IMG/VR virus record: IMGVR_UViG_3300035232_000745
Length of the DNA stretch: 64,000 bases
Origin: a virus
Reading direction: 5' to 3' (one strand)
Part shown: one piece after another, positions 47,805-58,143 of the stretch
Numbering within the stretch: the first letter of the stretch is position 1
How the letters are laid out: each line of letters begins with the position of its first letter
The notes under the pieces: generated by a model
Told to the model about the DNA's origin: nothing
The model's database searches: none
What the model saw: only the letters and a program-made list of their open reading frames with translations
Translations under genes and position numbers: made by a program

Positions 47805-48122
47805 ATGAAACGGTTTAGTACATTCATTAACGAATTAGAAGAAAGTAAAAAGAAACTTTCTGGTGGACAAAAGGCGTTAGATAAAGATAACGATGGAGAC
47901 ATTGACGGTGACGATTTTGCTATGATGCGTAAAAAGAAAAACGAAGAAACAGATCAGCTTGATGAATTATCGCCTGAAAAGTTAGGAACTTATATTAATA
48001 AAGCTTCTGATGATGCTTCTGATTTCCAGAATACGTCTAAGCGTAAAAAAGGTATTATGAGAGCTACTAAGAAATTAGTTACGAAAGCTGGTGGCGATAA
48101 AGACCAGGTCACAAACTATTAA
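47805..48122 (+). CDS. putative internal head protein with EF-hand-like loop
   Basis: late promoter at 47766-73; MKRFSTFINE; DKDNDGDIDGDDF; LDELSPE. Confidence 0.65.
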   Translation: MKRFSTFINELEESKKKLSGGQKALDKDNDGDIDGDDFAMMRKKKNEETDQLDELSPEKLGTYINKASDDASDFQNTSKRKKGIMRATKKLVTKAGGDKDQVTNY

Positions 48123-48146
48123 TTAACCCAAACTAGGAGAACAACA

Positions 48147-48449
48147 ATGGCACTATGGGGAAAAACAGATGCACTAGCTTCCGTACCAAAATGGTTGGAA
48201 GATGCTGCATCAAACACAAACAAATCAAACGATCGCGATAACGCAATCTTTGTCGACCTTACAGAGGCAGGCATTGCATCTAACCGCGCTAAAGGTATTA
48301 CTGGTCCAGGCTGGTGGTTGTATCATACATCAAATAGCCGTCATTATGCAGAATGCTTGGTACCGATGAAAGTAACCGCAGTTGCTGCTGGCGACTTAGG
48401 TGTTACTGGTGATACAGCTGTTGAAGACGCGATTGTAGCTGACGCATAA
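48147..48449 (+). CDS. putative virion protein
   Basis: MALWG...PGWW..R..ECLV pattern; GGAG SD. Confidence 0.65.
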   Translation: MALWGKTDALASVPKWLEDAASNTNKSNDRDNAIFVDLTEAGIASNRAKGITGPGWWLYHTSNSRHYAECLVPMKVTAVAAGDLGVTGDTAVEDAIVADA

Positions 48450-48454
48450 ACAAA

Positions 48455-48829
48455 ATGAAATTAACAGAATCAACCTTTCTGTTATTTGCTTCGAAGTATT
48501 ACGACAATCCTAATTGTACTGATATAATCGAATTCGATGAGGACTTGAAAAGATTTCAATATTTACGTAAACTTTTTGGTAGATATAGACAAGATAATGA
48601 TTTGAAAGAAAGGTTGATTTTGAACCACTTGATCGTCATATATAATATTTTTGGACCTGAAGCAACTAACATGCTCTTTATGAAGCTACATGACTATCAC
48701 GAGTATTTAAAGCCGTTCGTAGAGTATTTAAACTTTATGCCTTCGGTAATAGAATATGATGATATTATGCTTAGTAAAGATAATATTATTTCAGATATAA
48801 GTATAAGCGAAAAGCTTAGAGGAATTTAA
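48455..48829 (+). CDS. conserved T4-like hypothetical protein
   Basis: YDNP.C...EF.EDLKRF.Y, ERLILNH. Confidence 0.75.
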   Translation: MKLTESTFLLFASKYYDNPNCTDIIEFDEDLKRFQYLRKLFGRYRQDNDLKERLILNHLIVIYNIFGPEATNMLFMKLHDYHEYLKPFVEYLNFMPSVIEYDDIMLSKDNIISDISISEKLRGI

Positions 48830-48832
48830 CAA

Positions 48833-49501
48833 ATGGTAGTAGATCTATTTTTAGTCTATCAATTTATAAGACGTTTAGCTACACCATTTAATAAATGGGA
48901 AGCACATAAACTCGGCATCATTGATGATAAGGGTAATGTCTTAATTAAATCAAAAGAATTTACTAACTCTCGTCAGAGAAAGGCGTGGGGTATATTTGAT
49001 AGAATGATAGCAAATCTAAAGAAACTCCTAGCTAAAGTGCCTGGTGGTAGTTCTAGATTTGCTACATACGCAGCTGCGTTATTCCTCATTAAAGAATATA
49101 AAGTGTTCACAGATGAATCAACTCTTACTGAAGACATAAGTGATGAACAACTACAAGAATCTATGGAATTATTTTCTAGTAGGTATAACCATTATACTGT
49201 GTTAGCTGAAAATGTCAACGAAAAGTTGAAAAAGAGTGATGATATGGGTGCTTGGATAGACGACTTTCAAGACTCAGACGCTCCTCAGTTTAAAGGTAAA
49301 TCAAAAGAGAAAAAACGTAAGATGGCAATTGCTGCAAAGCTAAGTGCTATGGATGAAGAACCAGTTAATAATGTAGGTGGTGGTAATATCGCCGGAATGG
49401 ATGGTGGCCATATGTCTAAAGCAGGACAAAAGAAATGGACGTCAAAGAATAGTTCTTCAAAAAATAAAAGACTAAGAGACATTATTGGAGATAAAACATG
49501 A
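48833..49501 (+). CDS. conserved T4-like hypothetical protein
   Basis: YQFIRRL.TPF..W.A..LGIID..G, YAAALFLIKE. Confidence 0.75.
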   Translation: MVVDLFLVYQFIRRLATPFNKWEAHKLGIIDDKGNVLIKSKEFTNSRQRKAWGIFDRMIANLKKLLAKVPGGSSRFATYAAALFLIKEYKVFTDESTLTEDISDEQLQESMELFSSRYNHYTVLAENVNEKLKKSDDMGAWIDDFQDSDAPQFKGKSKEKKRKMAIAAKLSAMDEEPVNNVGGGNIAGMDGGHMSKAGQKKWTSKNSSSKNKRLRDIIGDKT

Positions 49502-50346
49502 TTACGTTAGAACAATTCAGTGCAATGATTCCTTCAAATAAAAATCCTGAAGCTTGGTATGAAGCAGCAGTTCCTATGTTTGAAAAATATGAAATCAATA
49601 CAAACAATCGTATCGCTGGCTTCATGGCTCAGTGTGCGCATGAGTCATTAGACTTTACCCGTTTAGTAGAAAATCTTAATTATTCAGAAAAAGCATTAAA
49701 CTCAGTGTTTGGTCGTTACTTTGGAAAGGGTAAAAGAAATGCAAAAGACTACGCTAGAAACCAAGAAAAAATTGCAAACTACGTCTATCAAGATGAGTTT
49801 AGGTCCAAACGAGGAGCCTTGGGAAACGTTAATCCCGGCGATGGCTGGCTCTTTAGGGGTCGAGGTATCAAGCAGCTTACAGGCAGAAATAATTACACAC
49901 AATTCGCAAATACAGTAGATATGACAGCCGAAGAAGCGGCTGAGTATGTTTCAACGCCTAAGGGCGCTATTGAGTCTGCTTGTTGGTTTTGGTCTACAAA
50001 TAAGTTAGAAAAATGGGCAGATAAAGGCGATAATAAAGGGTTAACTAAAAAAATTAATGGCGGTACTATTGGTTTAGATGACCGTAATCGTCGTTGGGAT
50101 GAAGCATTAGCAATCCTTGGCGGTAAAGCACCAGCCCCCAAGAAAACATCTACAAATGCAGTACGCACTCTACGTAAAGGTATGCAAGGTGATGATGTTA
50201 AAAAGATGCAAAAGGCTATTGGCGTAACAGCTGATGGTGATTTTGGATTTGGAACTCTTACTGCCGTAAAGAAATGGCAAAAGATGAACGGTTTAACTGC
50301 AGATGGTATTGTTGGACCAGCAACTCAAGCTAAAATGTTTAGTTAG
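49498..50346 (+). CDS. GH19 endolysin with C-terminal peptidoglycan-binding domain
   Basis: AQCAHES, ENLNYS, GRG..QLTGRNNY, INGG..G; DG.FG..T, DGIVGPAT. Confidence 0.93.
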   Translation: MITLEQFSAMIPSNKNPEAWYEAAVPMFEKYEINTNNRIAGFMAQCAHESLDFTRLVENLNYSEKALNSVFGRYFGKGKRNAKDYARNQEKIANYVYQDEFRSKRGALGNVNPGDGWLFRGRGIKQLTGRNNYTQFANTVDMTAEEAAEYVSTPKGAIESACWFWSTNKLEKWADKGDNKGLTKKINGGTIGLDDRNRRWDEALAILGGKAPAPKKTSTNAVRTLRKGMQGDDVKKMQKAIGVTADGDFGFGTLTAVKKWQKMNGLTADGIVGPATQAKMFS

Positions 50347-50384
50347 TATAAATAGAATATAGTTTAAACAAAGGAGGCAGTAAA

Positions 50385-50591
50385 ATGTCATTAGAAAAAA
50401 TTATTGCAGCTGCAATCGAAGGCGATGCAGTTGAAGTCAATAACACGTTCAGCGAAGAAATTAGCAATCGTATCGCTTTGGCTTTAGAAGAAAAATATAA
50501 AAAAGCTATGGAAGCAAAAGCTGACGACGAAGACGAAGATGATGAAGACGAAGATGAAGATGATGATGACGACGAGGATGACGACGAGTAA
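50385..50591 (+). CDS. small acidic protein (prohead-core-like)
   Basis: late promoter at 50347-54; poly-D/E tail. Confidence 0.55.
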   Translation: MSLEKIIAAAIEGDAVEVNNTFSEEISNRIALALEEKYKKAMEAKADDEDEDDEDEDEDDDDDEDDDE

Positions 50592-50608
50592 GTCGTTGAT
50601 CTAAAAAT

Positions 50609-51133
50609 ATGCCATCATTCTTATATTTAGGCATTATAATCATGGCAATGGGTGGAGGCGGTGCAGTCTACTACAAATCCACCCAAGCCAAAATTGTAGA
50701 ACTTGTACAATATAATGCCACATTGACAGCACAAGTAGATCAGATTGCTCAAGTTAATGAAAAGAACTTAGCAACAATTGCTGACATGCAAGCAAACTTT
50801 GAACGTCAAAGAGAGCAATATGATGAGTTGCAAAAATCATTCAGCGAAATTAACGCACAGAAAAATCAATTGCAAAAACGCTTAGGTGACCACGATTTAG
50901 GAGCATTAGCTGCTGCTAAGCCTACATTAGTAGAAAGGGTCGTTAACGGAGCTTCTAAGAAAGCTTTTAGATGTTTTGAATTGGAATCAGGAGCTGAACT
51001 AACAGATAATGAAAGGAAAGCTAAAAATGCAAAAGCGTTTAATAGCGAGTGTCCTTGGGTTTACGATGATCTTATCGCTAGCGGCGTGCTCATCAAATCC
51101 GATAGTGGAACCACCGCCGAAAATAATAACTGA
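50609..51133 (+). CDS. i-spanin (Rz-like)
   Basis: N-terminal TM, coiled coil, overlaps a lipoprotein gene, near endolysin. Confidence 0.7.
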   Translation: MPSFLYLGIIIMAMGGGGAVYYKSTQAKIVELVQYNATLTAQVDQIAQVNEKNLATIADMQANFERQREQYDELQKSFSEINAQKNQLQKRLGDHDLGALAAAKPTLVERVVNGASKKAFRCFELESGAELTDNERKAKNAKAFNSECPWVYDDLIASGVLIKSDSGTTAENNN

Positions 51134-51389
51134 AACAGAATACGTTAAACCATCTAAACCAATTGTTCCTAATCCTCCTCAATTAACTATGAGAGAAATA
51201 GAATTTATAATTGTAACTCCAGAAAATGTAGATGAAGTATTCGCAAAACTAAAATCTGAAGATAAGGCAATATTTGGTTTAACGGATAAAGGTTATGGAG
51301 ATATAGCTTTGAATCTTGCAGATTTAAGAGCATACATTCAACAACAAAAGAAAATCATAGGCATATACGAATCTCAGTATGACCAGTAA
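51027..51389 (+). CDS. o-spanin lipoprotein (Rz1-like)
   Basis: lipobox LAAC, Pro-rich segment. Confidence 0.72.
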   Translation: MQKRLIASVLGFTMILSLAACSSNPIVEPPPKIITETEYVKPSKPIVPNPPQLTMREIEFIIVTPENVDEVFAKLKSEDKAIFGLTDKGYGDIALNLADLRAYIQQQKKIIGIYESQYDQ

Positions 51390-51541
51390 GAATAGCAGTT
51401 ATGCTATAAAAAAGTCTATTTTGTTGAACCAACCAGCCCAATATTCATAAATATAGATATATCATTTCTAGTGTGATTATATTATAATCATGGAGTTCGC
51501 CACTAGCCTCCGTTATCAAAAGGCATTAAAGGAATAATATA

Positions 51542-52036
51542 TTGTCAAAAGAACAAACTAATTGGGAAACAGATATACGCCTAATACAAAGTGATATCAA
51601 ACAAATCCAAAAGTTCTTTAACAAGGTTGAATCATCAATGGAACTTATGGTCGACCTTAGTAAAAACGTTGCTGTCCAGTCAGAAGTAATCGCTTTTACA
51701 AAAGAAAAGTTAGAAGAAATTGAACGTACGGTTGACGAAACTAGACGTAATGAAGATTTACGTTTACAAGTATTGAGCGATAGGTTAGAAGAATACAGAC
51801 GATCGTCTCGTGGAGACCATGAAAAACTTGCGCAGCACAACGCTGAAAAACGAGCTATGAGTAATAAAGAAATACTTGAAAAGCTTGAAGTAATGGAACG
51901 TGGTTTGCATTCTCGTATCAACGATCAGAATAAAAAAGTTAATGCCCTAGAAAATTGGAAATACTATATGATGGGTATTGGCGGGGTAATCGTTCTTCTT
52001 GTCGCGCGAATTAATTGGCCATATCTTTTTAATTAA
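51542..52036 (+). CDS. coiled-coil protein with C-terminal TM
   Basis: LENWKYYMMG..G tail. Confidence 0.65.
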   Translation: MSKEQTNWETDIRLIQSDIKQIQKFFNKVESSMELMVDLSKNVAVQSEVIAFTKEKLEEIERTVDETRRNEDLRLQVLSDRLEEYRRSSRGDHEKLAQHNAEKRAMSNKEILEKLEVMERGLHSRINDQNKKVNALENWKYYMMGIGGVIVLLVARINWPYLFN

Positions 52037-52040
52037 GTTG

Positions 52041-52069
52041 TGTACATCTGACAGATTCCGGCGTATAAT
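52041..52069 (+). promoter_or_regulatory. sigma70-like promoter of primase
   Basis: TGTACA-17-TATAAT with GATTC in spacer. Confidence 0.6.
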
Positions 52070-52101
52070 GTTATTATCACGCAACATGGAATCAATTTAT
52101 A

Positions 52102-53112
52102 ATGGTAGATTTTGTAGACATACAATATGCTCAAATGCTTTCTGGTCGTCTAGATCAGTTTAAGATAAAACATACTAATCCGTATAAAATCAACTTTCGT
52201 TGTCCTATCTGTGGTGACTCTCAAAAGTCACGCTCAAAGGCACGCGCTTGGTTGTTAGAACGAGACAACAAATTCTCATTCTATTGTCATAATTGTAATG
52301 CTTCTCAAGGATTTTCATATTTCCTTAAAGGCCAAGATATGCAATTATACAATGATTACGTAGCTGATAAGTTTGTAGGTAAAGCTAATAATACTATTAA
52401 GGATACCAAACAAGACGATGATAAGTTTAAGACTAAGGCTCCTGTTTTTAACAAAACAAATCCTCTTGCCAAAATTAAAAAGGTAAGTCAGCTTAAACAT
52501 GATCATCCTATAAAGCGTTATATCAATCAACGTAAAATTCCACCATCACATCATTACCGTTTATATTTTGCGCGTAAGTTTAAAACATGGATTAATGAAA
52601 TTATTCCTGGTAAGTTTCAAAGTGTAAAGCACGACGAACCTCGTTTAATCATTCCGTTTCTAGACGAACGCGGTAATTGTTTTGGTGTCTCAGCGCGTGG
52701 ATTTGATCCTGAAGGTATCAGATATATAACTATAATGTTTGAAGATAGACCAAAGATATTTGGTTTAGATAAAGTAGATCAAACCCAAATATATTATATT
52801 GTAGAAGGCGCTATTGACAGTTTCTTCTTATCAAATGCAATATCTATGAATGGTGCTGAAGGTAATAGTAATTCTGCTAACGATAACGCTGTATATGTCT
52901 TTGATGCAGAGCCTAGAAATAAAGAGATATGCAATCGCATGGAGAAGGTTATTAAGAACGGCCATAAAGTTTGTATTTGGCCATCTGATATAGATGGTAA
53001 AGATATAAACGAAATGTTTCTAGCAGGATTAAATCCTGAAAGAATAATAGAAGAAAATACGTACTATGGTTTAACAGCCGAATTAAAATTAGCCGCATGG
53101 CGCAAAACTTGA
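52102..53112 (+). CDS. 61: DNA primase gp61
   Basis: NFRCPICGDS, CHNC zinc finger, VEGAIDS, D.EPRNKEI, KDINEM. Confidence 0.96.
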   Translation: MVDFVDIQYAQMLSGRLDQFKIKHTNPYKINFRCPICGDSQKSRSKARAWLLERDNKFSFYCHNCNASQGFSYFLKGQDMQLYNDYVADKFVGKANNTIKDTKQDDDKFKTKAPVFNKTNPLAKIKKVSQLKHDHPIKRYINQRKIPPSHHYRLYFARKFKTWINEIIPGKFQSVKHDEPRLIIPFLDERGNCFGVSARGFDPEGIRYITIMFEDRPKIFGLDKVDQTQIYYIVEGAIDSFFLSNAISMNGAEGNSNSANDNAVYVFDAEPRNKEICNRMEKVIKNGHKVCIWPSDIDGKDINEMFLAGLNPERIIEENTYYGLTAELKLAAWRKT

Positions 53113-53122
53113 AGGATTAAAA

Positions 53123-53794
53123 ATGAAAGCTAGACTAATCGCATATTCACAACCATCCAAAGATGAAATCATTGGTTTGGACGACGTACAAGATTTAATC
53201 GCGTACTGCGCAAGAGTATCAAACCCATCGAACCAATTAAACCAAGAAACAGCTCCTAAGCTATTGTCATATCTTGCTAAACATGCTCATTGGTCACCGT
53301 TTGAAATGGCTAATGCTACTATGGAAATTGAAACAACCCGTGATATCGCTCGCCAAATGTTACGTCATCGTTCATTTGCATTCCAAGAGTTTAGCCAACG
53401 CTATGCTGATATCCGTGACCTAGATAGTAAAATGGTTGTTCGTAAAGCTAGATTACAAGATCCAAAAAATCGGCAAAACAGCGTTATGACTGACGATGTA
53501 TCTCTGCATATGGCTTGGGAAGTTCATCAACGAAATGTTTGGAACGAAGCAATGAAATCATATGCGTGGGCTATTGAAAATGGTATCGCAAAAGAACAGG
53601 CTCGTGCTATTTTACCTGAAGGTAATACACCAAGTCGTTTATATATGCAAGGTTCTATTCGTTCGTGGATCCATTATATTGAACTACGTTCGTCTAATGG
53701 AACACAACAAGAACATATGGAAATTGCTATTGCTTGTGCCGAAGCCATCACAAAAATATTCCCAAGCATCGGCGCTTTTATTCAAAAAGATTGA
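53123..53794 (+). CDS. thyX: flavin-dependent thymidylate synthase
   Basis: HWSPFE, RHRSFAFQEFSQRY, AKEQAR. Confidence 0.97.
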   Translation: MKARLIAYSQPSKDEIIGLDDVQDLIAYCARVSNPSNQLNQETAPKLLSYLAKHAHWSPFEMANATMEIETTRDIARQMLRHRSFAFQEFSQRYADIRDLDSKMVVRKARLQDPKNRQNSVMTDDVSLHMAWEVHQRNVWNEAMKSYAWAIENGIAKEQARAILPEGNTPSRLYMQGSIRSWIHYIELRSSNGTQQEHMEIAIACAEAITKIFPSIGAFIQKD

Positions 53795-53937
53795 CATATT
53801 ACCACATATGTGGTACCGTAGTTGATAAATACACCTACCAATTGATAGACTCATTGGTAGAATTCCAAATAAAAGTAGTAAACGTTGCATAGTTTTGTGA
53901 TGCGTACTACTTTACACTTTTAAACAAAGAGGCGCCT

Positions 53938-55233
53938 ATGATGTTAGAGAATACGCAACCAATTTCAAATGTAATAGAACTATTAAGACCGGTTAATTAT
54001 GTAACAAAACGTGACGGAACTACAAAAGATTTCGATAAAGACAAGATTACAGCAGCCGTAGAAAAAGCTATGAAAGGTATTGGAATTAGAAGTAAAAACT
54101 TATCAAGTGAGATTACTTCTGAAGTCGTAGAAACTATCAATCTAGAATCAAATGATGTTATTGTAAATGTTGATACTATCCATAAAACAGTAGAGAATGT
54201 TATAATGGATATGGGTTTACACGATTTAGCTCGTGAGTATATCCTATTTCGTTTTAACAACAAACCAGACATCTTTCGTAAGCGCACAAGCTTAAAGCCA
54301 TACGAGTATCCTCAACTAGTAGAATATACTGACGCTATTCGTCATTCATATTGGGTACACACTGAGTTTAATTATTCAGCTGATATTCAAGACATGAAGG
54401 TCCGTATGAAACCAGAAGAAGTCGAAATCGTAAAGAAAGCCATGTTGGCTATCTCTCAAATTGAAGTTGCAGTTAAAACTTTCTGGGCTAAAATTGGCGA
54501 TAGATTTCCTAAACCTGAAATCGCGGCAGTTGGTATTACATTTGGCGAATCAGAAGTTCGTCATGCCGATGCATATTCAAACTTAATCGAGATTATGGGT
54601 CTTAATGAAGAGTTTGAAAAAGTAGTAGAAGTACCTGCGATGAAAAAGCGTATTGCTTATTTAGAGCAATCAATTGGTTCTCCTGCAGATGATAAAGACT
54701 ATTTCCACAAAATCATTCTATTCTCTATGTTTGTTGAAAACGTATCTTTATTCTCTCAGTTCTTAATTATGATGGCTTTCAATAAACACAAGAATGTTCT
54801 TAAAGGTATTTCAAATGCAGTTGAAGCAACATCAAAAGAAGAAGATATCCACGCTCGTTTCGGATTTGAGCTTGTAAATATTATCCGTGAAGAAAACCCA
54901 GAATGGTTCGATAAAGATAGTAATAACGAAGTTAATCGTCTTTGCCGTGATGCGTTCAAAGCCGAGTCTGCAATCGTTGATTGGATTTATGCCGAGCATG
55001 ATTTAGACTTTTTACCCAAAGCAACAGTGAAAGAATTCCTTAAGCATCGCTTTAATCAATCGTTAAAAGCTATTGATATGAAGCCTTTGTACGAGGTTGA
55101 TGAAGAAGCAATTGCAAGTACTGAATGGTTCGTAGAAGAAATCCTAAGTACCAAAAATGTTGATTTCTTTGTCAAGCGTTCGACCGCTTATTCTAAGAAG
55201 ACAAAGGCATTCACTGAAGACGATTTATTTTAA
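53938..55233 (+). CDS. nrdB: class I ribonucleotide reductase beta subunit with N-terminal ATP-cone
   Basis: VTKRDG...FDKDKI..AV ATP-cone; SQIEVAVK, ESEVRH, EN.SLFSQF, KEEDIH. Confidence 0.93.
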   Translation: MMLENTQPISNVIELLRPVNYVTKRDGTTKDFDKDKITAAVEKAMKGIGIRSKNLSSEITSEVVETINLESNDVIVNVDTIHKTVENVIMDMGLHDLAREYILFRFNNKPDIFRKRTSLKPYEYPQLVEYTDAIRHSYWVHTEFNYSADIQDMKVRMKPEEVEIVKKAMLAISQIEVAVKTFWAKIGDRFPKPEIAAVGITFGESEVRHADAYSNLIEIMGLNEEFEKVVEVPAMKKRIAYLEQSIGSPADDKDYFHKIILFSMFVENVSLFSQFLIMMAFNKHKNVLKGISNAVEATSKEEDIHARFGFELVNIIREENPEWFDKDSNNEVNRLCRDAFKAESAIVDWIYAEHDLDFLPKATVKEFLKHRFNQSLKAIDMKPLYEVDEEAIASTEWFVEEILSTKNVDFFVKRSTAYSKKTKAFTEDDLF

Positions 55234-55244
55234 GGAAGTATATT

Positions 55245-56942
55245 ATGAGAAAATACAAAAAATTCTATTGGCTAAATGATGACTCCAAGACATTTTTGTC
55301 GCGCGGTTATCTAGAAGAAAAAGAAAAGCCGCAAGACCGTATCCGTTTCATTGCTGATAAAGCTGAATGGTACCTTAAGGATATGGCAAAAACAAAAGCA
55401 GGTAAAGCTTCTTATGACGGCTTTTCTGATAAATTTTATGACTACATGAGTCGTGGTTTTTATTCCCTAGCATCCCCTATTTGGGCAAACTATGGTAAAG
55501 AACGTGGGTTGCCAGTATCATGTTTTGGATCGTACATCGATGATAGCATGTCAGCAATCTTATTCGGCCATGCAGAAAATGGCATGTTGATGAAAAATGG
55601 TGGTGGTACATCAGGTTATTTTGGCGCAATCAGACACCGTGGAGCTCCTATCCGAGACTCAGGTGAATCTTCAGGTTCTGTGCACTTCATGCAGATGTAC
55701 GATACTTTGGCTTCAGTCGTATCACAAGGTTCAGTACGTCGTGGTTTCTTTGCTGCATATCAAGACATTGAACACCCAGACGCTGACGAGTTTCTAGACA
55801 TTGGCACAGAAGGTAATCCTATTCAAGGGTTAACAACTGGCATCAATGTTAGTAACAAATTCATTGATGAAATGAAAGCTGGAGATCCAGACAAACGTCG
55901 TCTATGGGCAAAGGTACTACAACGTCGTTCTGAAATTGGTTTCCCTTATATTCTATTTTCAGATAACGTAAACGATGGTCGACCGCAAGTATATAAAGAT
56001 AAGGATATGAGAGTACACGCTTCAAATATGTGTGCTGAAATTGCATTACCATCTTCACACGAGGAAACGTTTACATGCGTATTGTCTTCTCTTAATGTTT
56101 TACATTGGGATGAAATCAAAGAAACAGATGCGATTGAAACATTGACTATGTTCCTTGATACGGTATGCGAAGAGTTTGTTCGTAAAACAGCTGGTCAAAT
56201 CTATATGAAACGTGCTCGTGATTTTGCTATGAAACACCGTGCCCTTGGTGCTGGTATTTTAGGATGGCATTCTCATCTACAATCTAAAATGATTTCCTTT
56301 GAGTCAAAAGAAGCATCTCAGTTAAACCTTGAGATTGCTAAAACAATGCAAGAACGTTCGTATGAAGCGTCTCGTCAAATGGCTAAAACATTAGGTGAAC
56401 CAGAATTACTTGAAGGTTATGGAATGCGTAATACCACAACAATGGCTATTGCTCCTACTAAATCATCAAGCTTTATCCTTGGTCAAGTATCACAATCTAT
56501 TGAGCCAGAATTCTCTAACGCTTATGTTAAAGATCTAGCGAAAATGAAAGTTACTATTCGCAATCCATATTTAAAAGAATTGTTAATTAGTAAAGAACAA
56601 GATACGCCAGATGTATGGGAATCAATTAAAAACCGTGACGGATCTGTTCAGCATCTTGAGTTCTTAACTGAAGACGAACGTGCAGTATTTAAAACTTTCT
56701 CAGAGATTAGTCCAAATACTATTATTGACCAAGCTGCAATTCGTCAACAGTACGTTGATCAAAGTCAAAGCTTAAACTTAATGTTAGATCCAGATATGAC
56801 TGTCAAAGATATTAATGCCCTATATTTGTACGCAAACGAGATGGGTGTTAAGAGTTTATATTATGCTTATTCTATGTCAGCAGCACAATCTCTTACGAGG
56901 AAACGTGTTATGTCAGCAGATTGCGCAGCGTGTGAAGCATAA
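55245..56942 (+). CDS. nrdA: class I ribonucleotide reductase alpha subunit (no ATP-cone)
   Basis: [26 protein letters not shown]-terminal CAAC. Confidence 0.95.
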   Translation: MRKYKKFYWLNDDSKTFLSRGYLEEKEKPQDRIRFIADKAEWYLKDMAKTKAGKASYDGFSDKFYDYMSRGFYSLASPIWANYGKERGLPVSCFGSYIDDSMSAILFGHAENGMLMKNGGGTSGYFGAIRHRGAPIRDSGESSGSVHFMQMYDTLASVVSQGSVRRGFFAAYQDIEHPDADEFLDIGTEGNPIQGLTTGINVSNKFIDEMKAGDPDKRRLWAKVLQRRSEIGFPYILFSDNVNDGRPQVYKDKDMRVHASNMCAEIALPSSHEETFTCVLSSLNVLHWDEIKETDAIETLTMFLDTVCEEFVRKTAGQIYMKRARDFAMKHRALGAGILGWHSHLQSKMISFESKEASQLNLEIAKTMQERSYEASRQMAKTLGEPELLEGYGMRNTTTMAIAPTKSSSFILGQVSQSIEPEFSNAYVKDLAKMKVTIRNPYLKELLISKEQDTPDVWESIKNRDGSVQHLEFLTEDERAVFKTFSEISPNTIIDQAAIRQQYVDQSQSLNLMLDPDMTVKDINALYLYANEMGVKSLYYAYSMSAAQSLTRKRVMSADCAACEA

Positions 56943-56949
56943 AAATAAT

Positions 56950-58143
56950 ATGGAATATATGAAATACTTTGAAAACACGATTGACGAATACAAATCAGAC
57001 GGAAGATATAGAGTCTTTAACGATATATTGAGAGAGCGGGGGAATTTCCCTCGCTCAATATGGTATGGAAAATATGCTCCAAAGAATATAGTTAACTGGT
57101 GCTCAAATGATTATTTGGGCATGGGTCAAAATCAGTATGTTATTGATGCTATGCACACAGCTCTGGATCAAACCGGTGCTGGTTCTGGAGGAACAAGAAA
57201 TATTGGTGGAACATCTCACTATCACGTAACACTTGAAAGAGAATTAGCATCTTTACATAAAACAGAGTCTTCATTACTTTTCTCTAGTGCTTATGTAGCA
57301 AATGAGTGGACTTTAATAGCCTTATCTAGAATCATACCAAATATCTGTTTTATATCAGATAACAAAAATCATGCTTCTTTAATCATGGGAATAAAACATT
57401 CTCGTAGTGAAAAAAGAGTATTTAAACATAACGATATGAACGATTTAGAAGCAACGTTAAAGAAAGTCGTTAAACAAAAATTAAATCCTGTAATCGTATT
57501 CGAGTCCGTGTATAGTATGGACGGTGATATATCTCCTATCAAAGATATTGTTGCGTTGGCGCATAAATATAACGCGTTAACTTATATTGATGAAGTTCAC
57601 GCAGTAGGTTTATATGGTGAGACTGGTGGCGGATATTGTGAACAATTAAACATGTACTCTGACGATATAGATATAATTAACGGAACGCTTGGTAAAGCTT
57701 TCGGTGTACAAGGAGGTTATATTGCAGCTAATAAAACGATTGTTGATGCTATTAGATCAGTCGCAAGCGGATTTATATTCACAACATCCATCTCACCTGT
57801 TTTGTGTGCTGGGGCTATCGCCTCTATAAATTACGTAAAAGATCACAAATCACTTAGAGAAAAACATCAATCAAAAACTAAGCAGCTTAAGAAAATGCTT
57901 AGAAGAAGGAATATACCAGTGCATGAAAATGCATGTACTCATATTGTTCCTATAATGGTAAACGACGCGTTTAAATGCAAAGAAGCAAGCGATCGGTTAC
58001 TTAACGAATACGGCATATATATTCAAGCAATCAACTCACCAACTGTAGAAGCTGGAACAGAAAGATTGCGCATTGCTCCGACTCCATTCCACACAGATAA
58101 CATGATGATGGAGTTGGTATCAGCTCTAAGGGATGTATTATAA
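56950..58143 (+). CDS. hemA: 5-aminolevulinate synthase
   Basis: [41 protein letters not shown] lysine. Confidence 0.95.
   Translation: MEYMKYFENTIDEYKSDGRYRVFNDILRERGNFPRSIWYGKYAPKNIVNWCSNDYLGMGQNQYVIDAMHTALDQTGAGSGGTRNIGGTSHYHVTLERELASLHKTESSLLFSSAYVANEWTLIALSRIIPNICFISDNKNHASLIMGIKHSRSEKRVFKHNDMNDLEATLKKVVKQKLNPVIVFESVYSMDGDISPIKDIVALAHKYNALTYIDEVHAVGLYGETGGGYCEQLNMYSDDIDIINGTLGKAFGVQGGYIAANKTIVDAIRSVASGFIFTTSISPVLCAGAIASINYVKDHKSLREKHQSKTKQLKKMLRRRNIPVHENACTHIVPIMVNDAFKCKEASDRLLNEYGIYIQAINSPTVEAGTERLRIAPTPFHTDNMMMELVSALRDVL

Noticed and set aside
50520-50590. GAY/GAR trinucleotide-like repeat
   Set aside because: It simply encodes the poly-Asp/Glu tail of a small acidic protein.
53800-53815. 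NrdR box
   Set aside because: The palindrome centre does not match the acaCwAtATaTwGtg consensus, and there is no second box.
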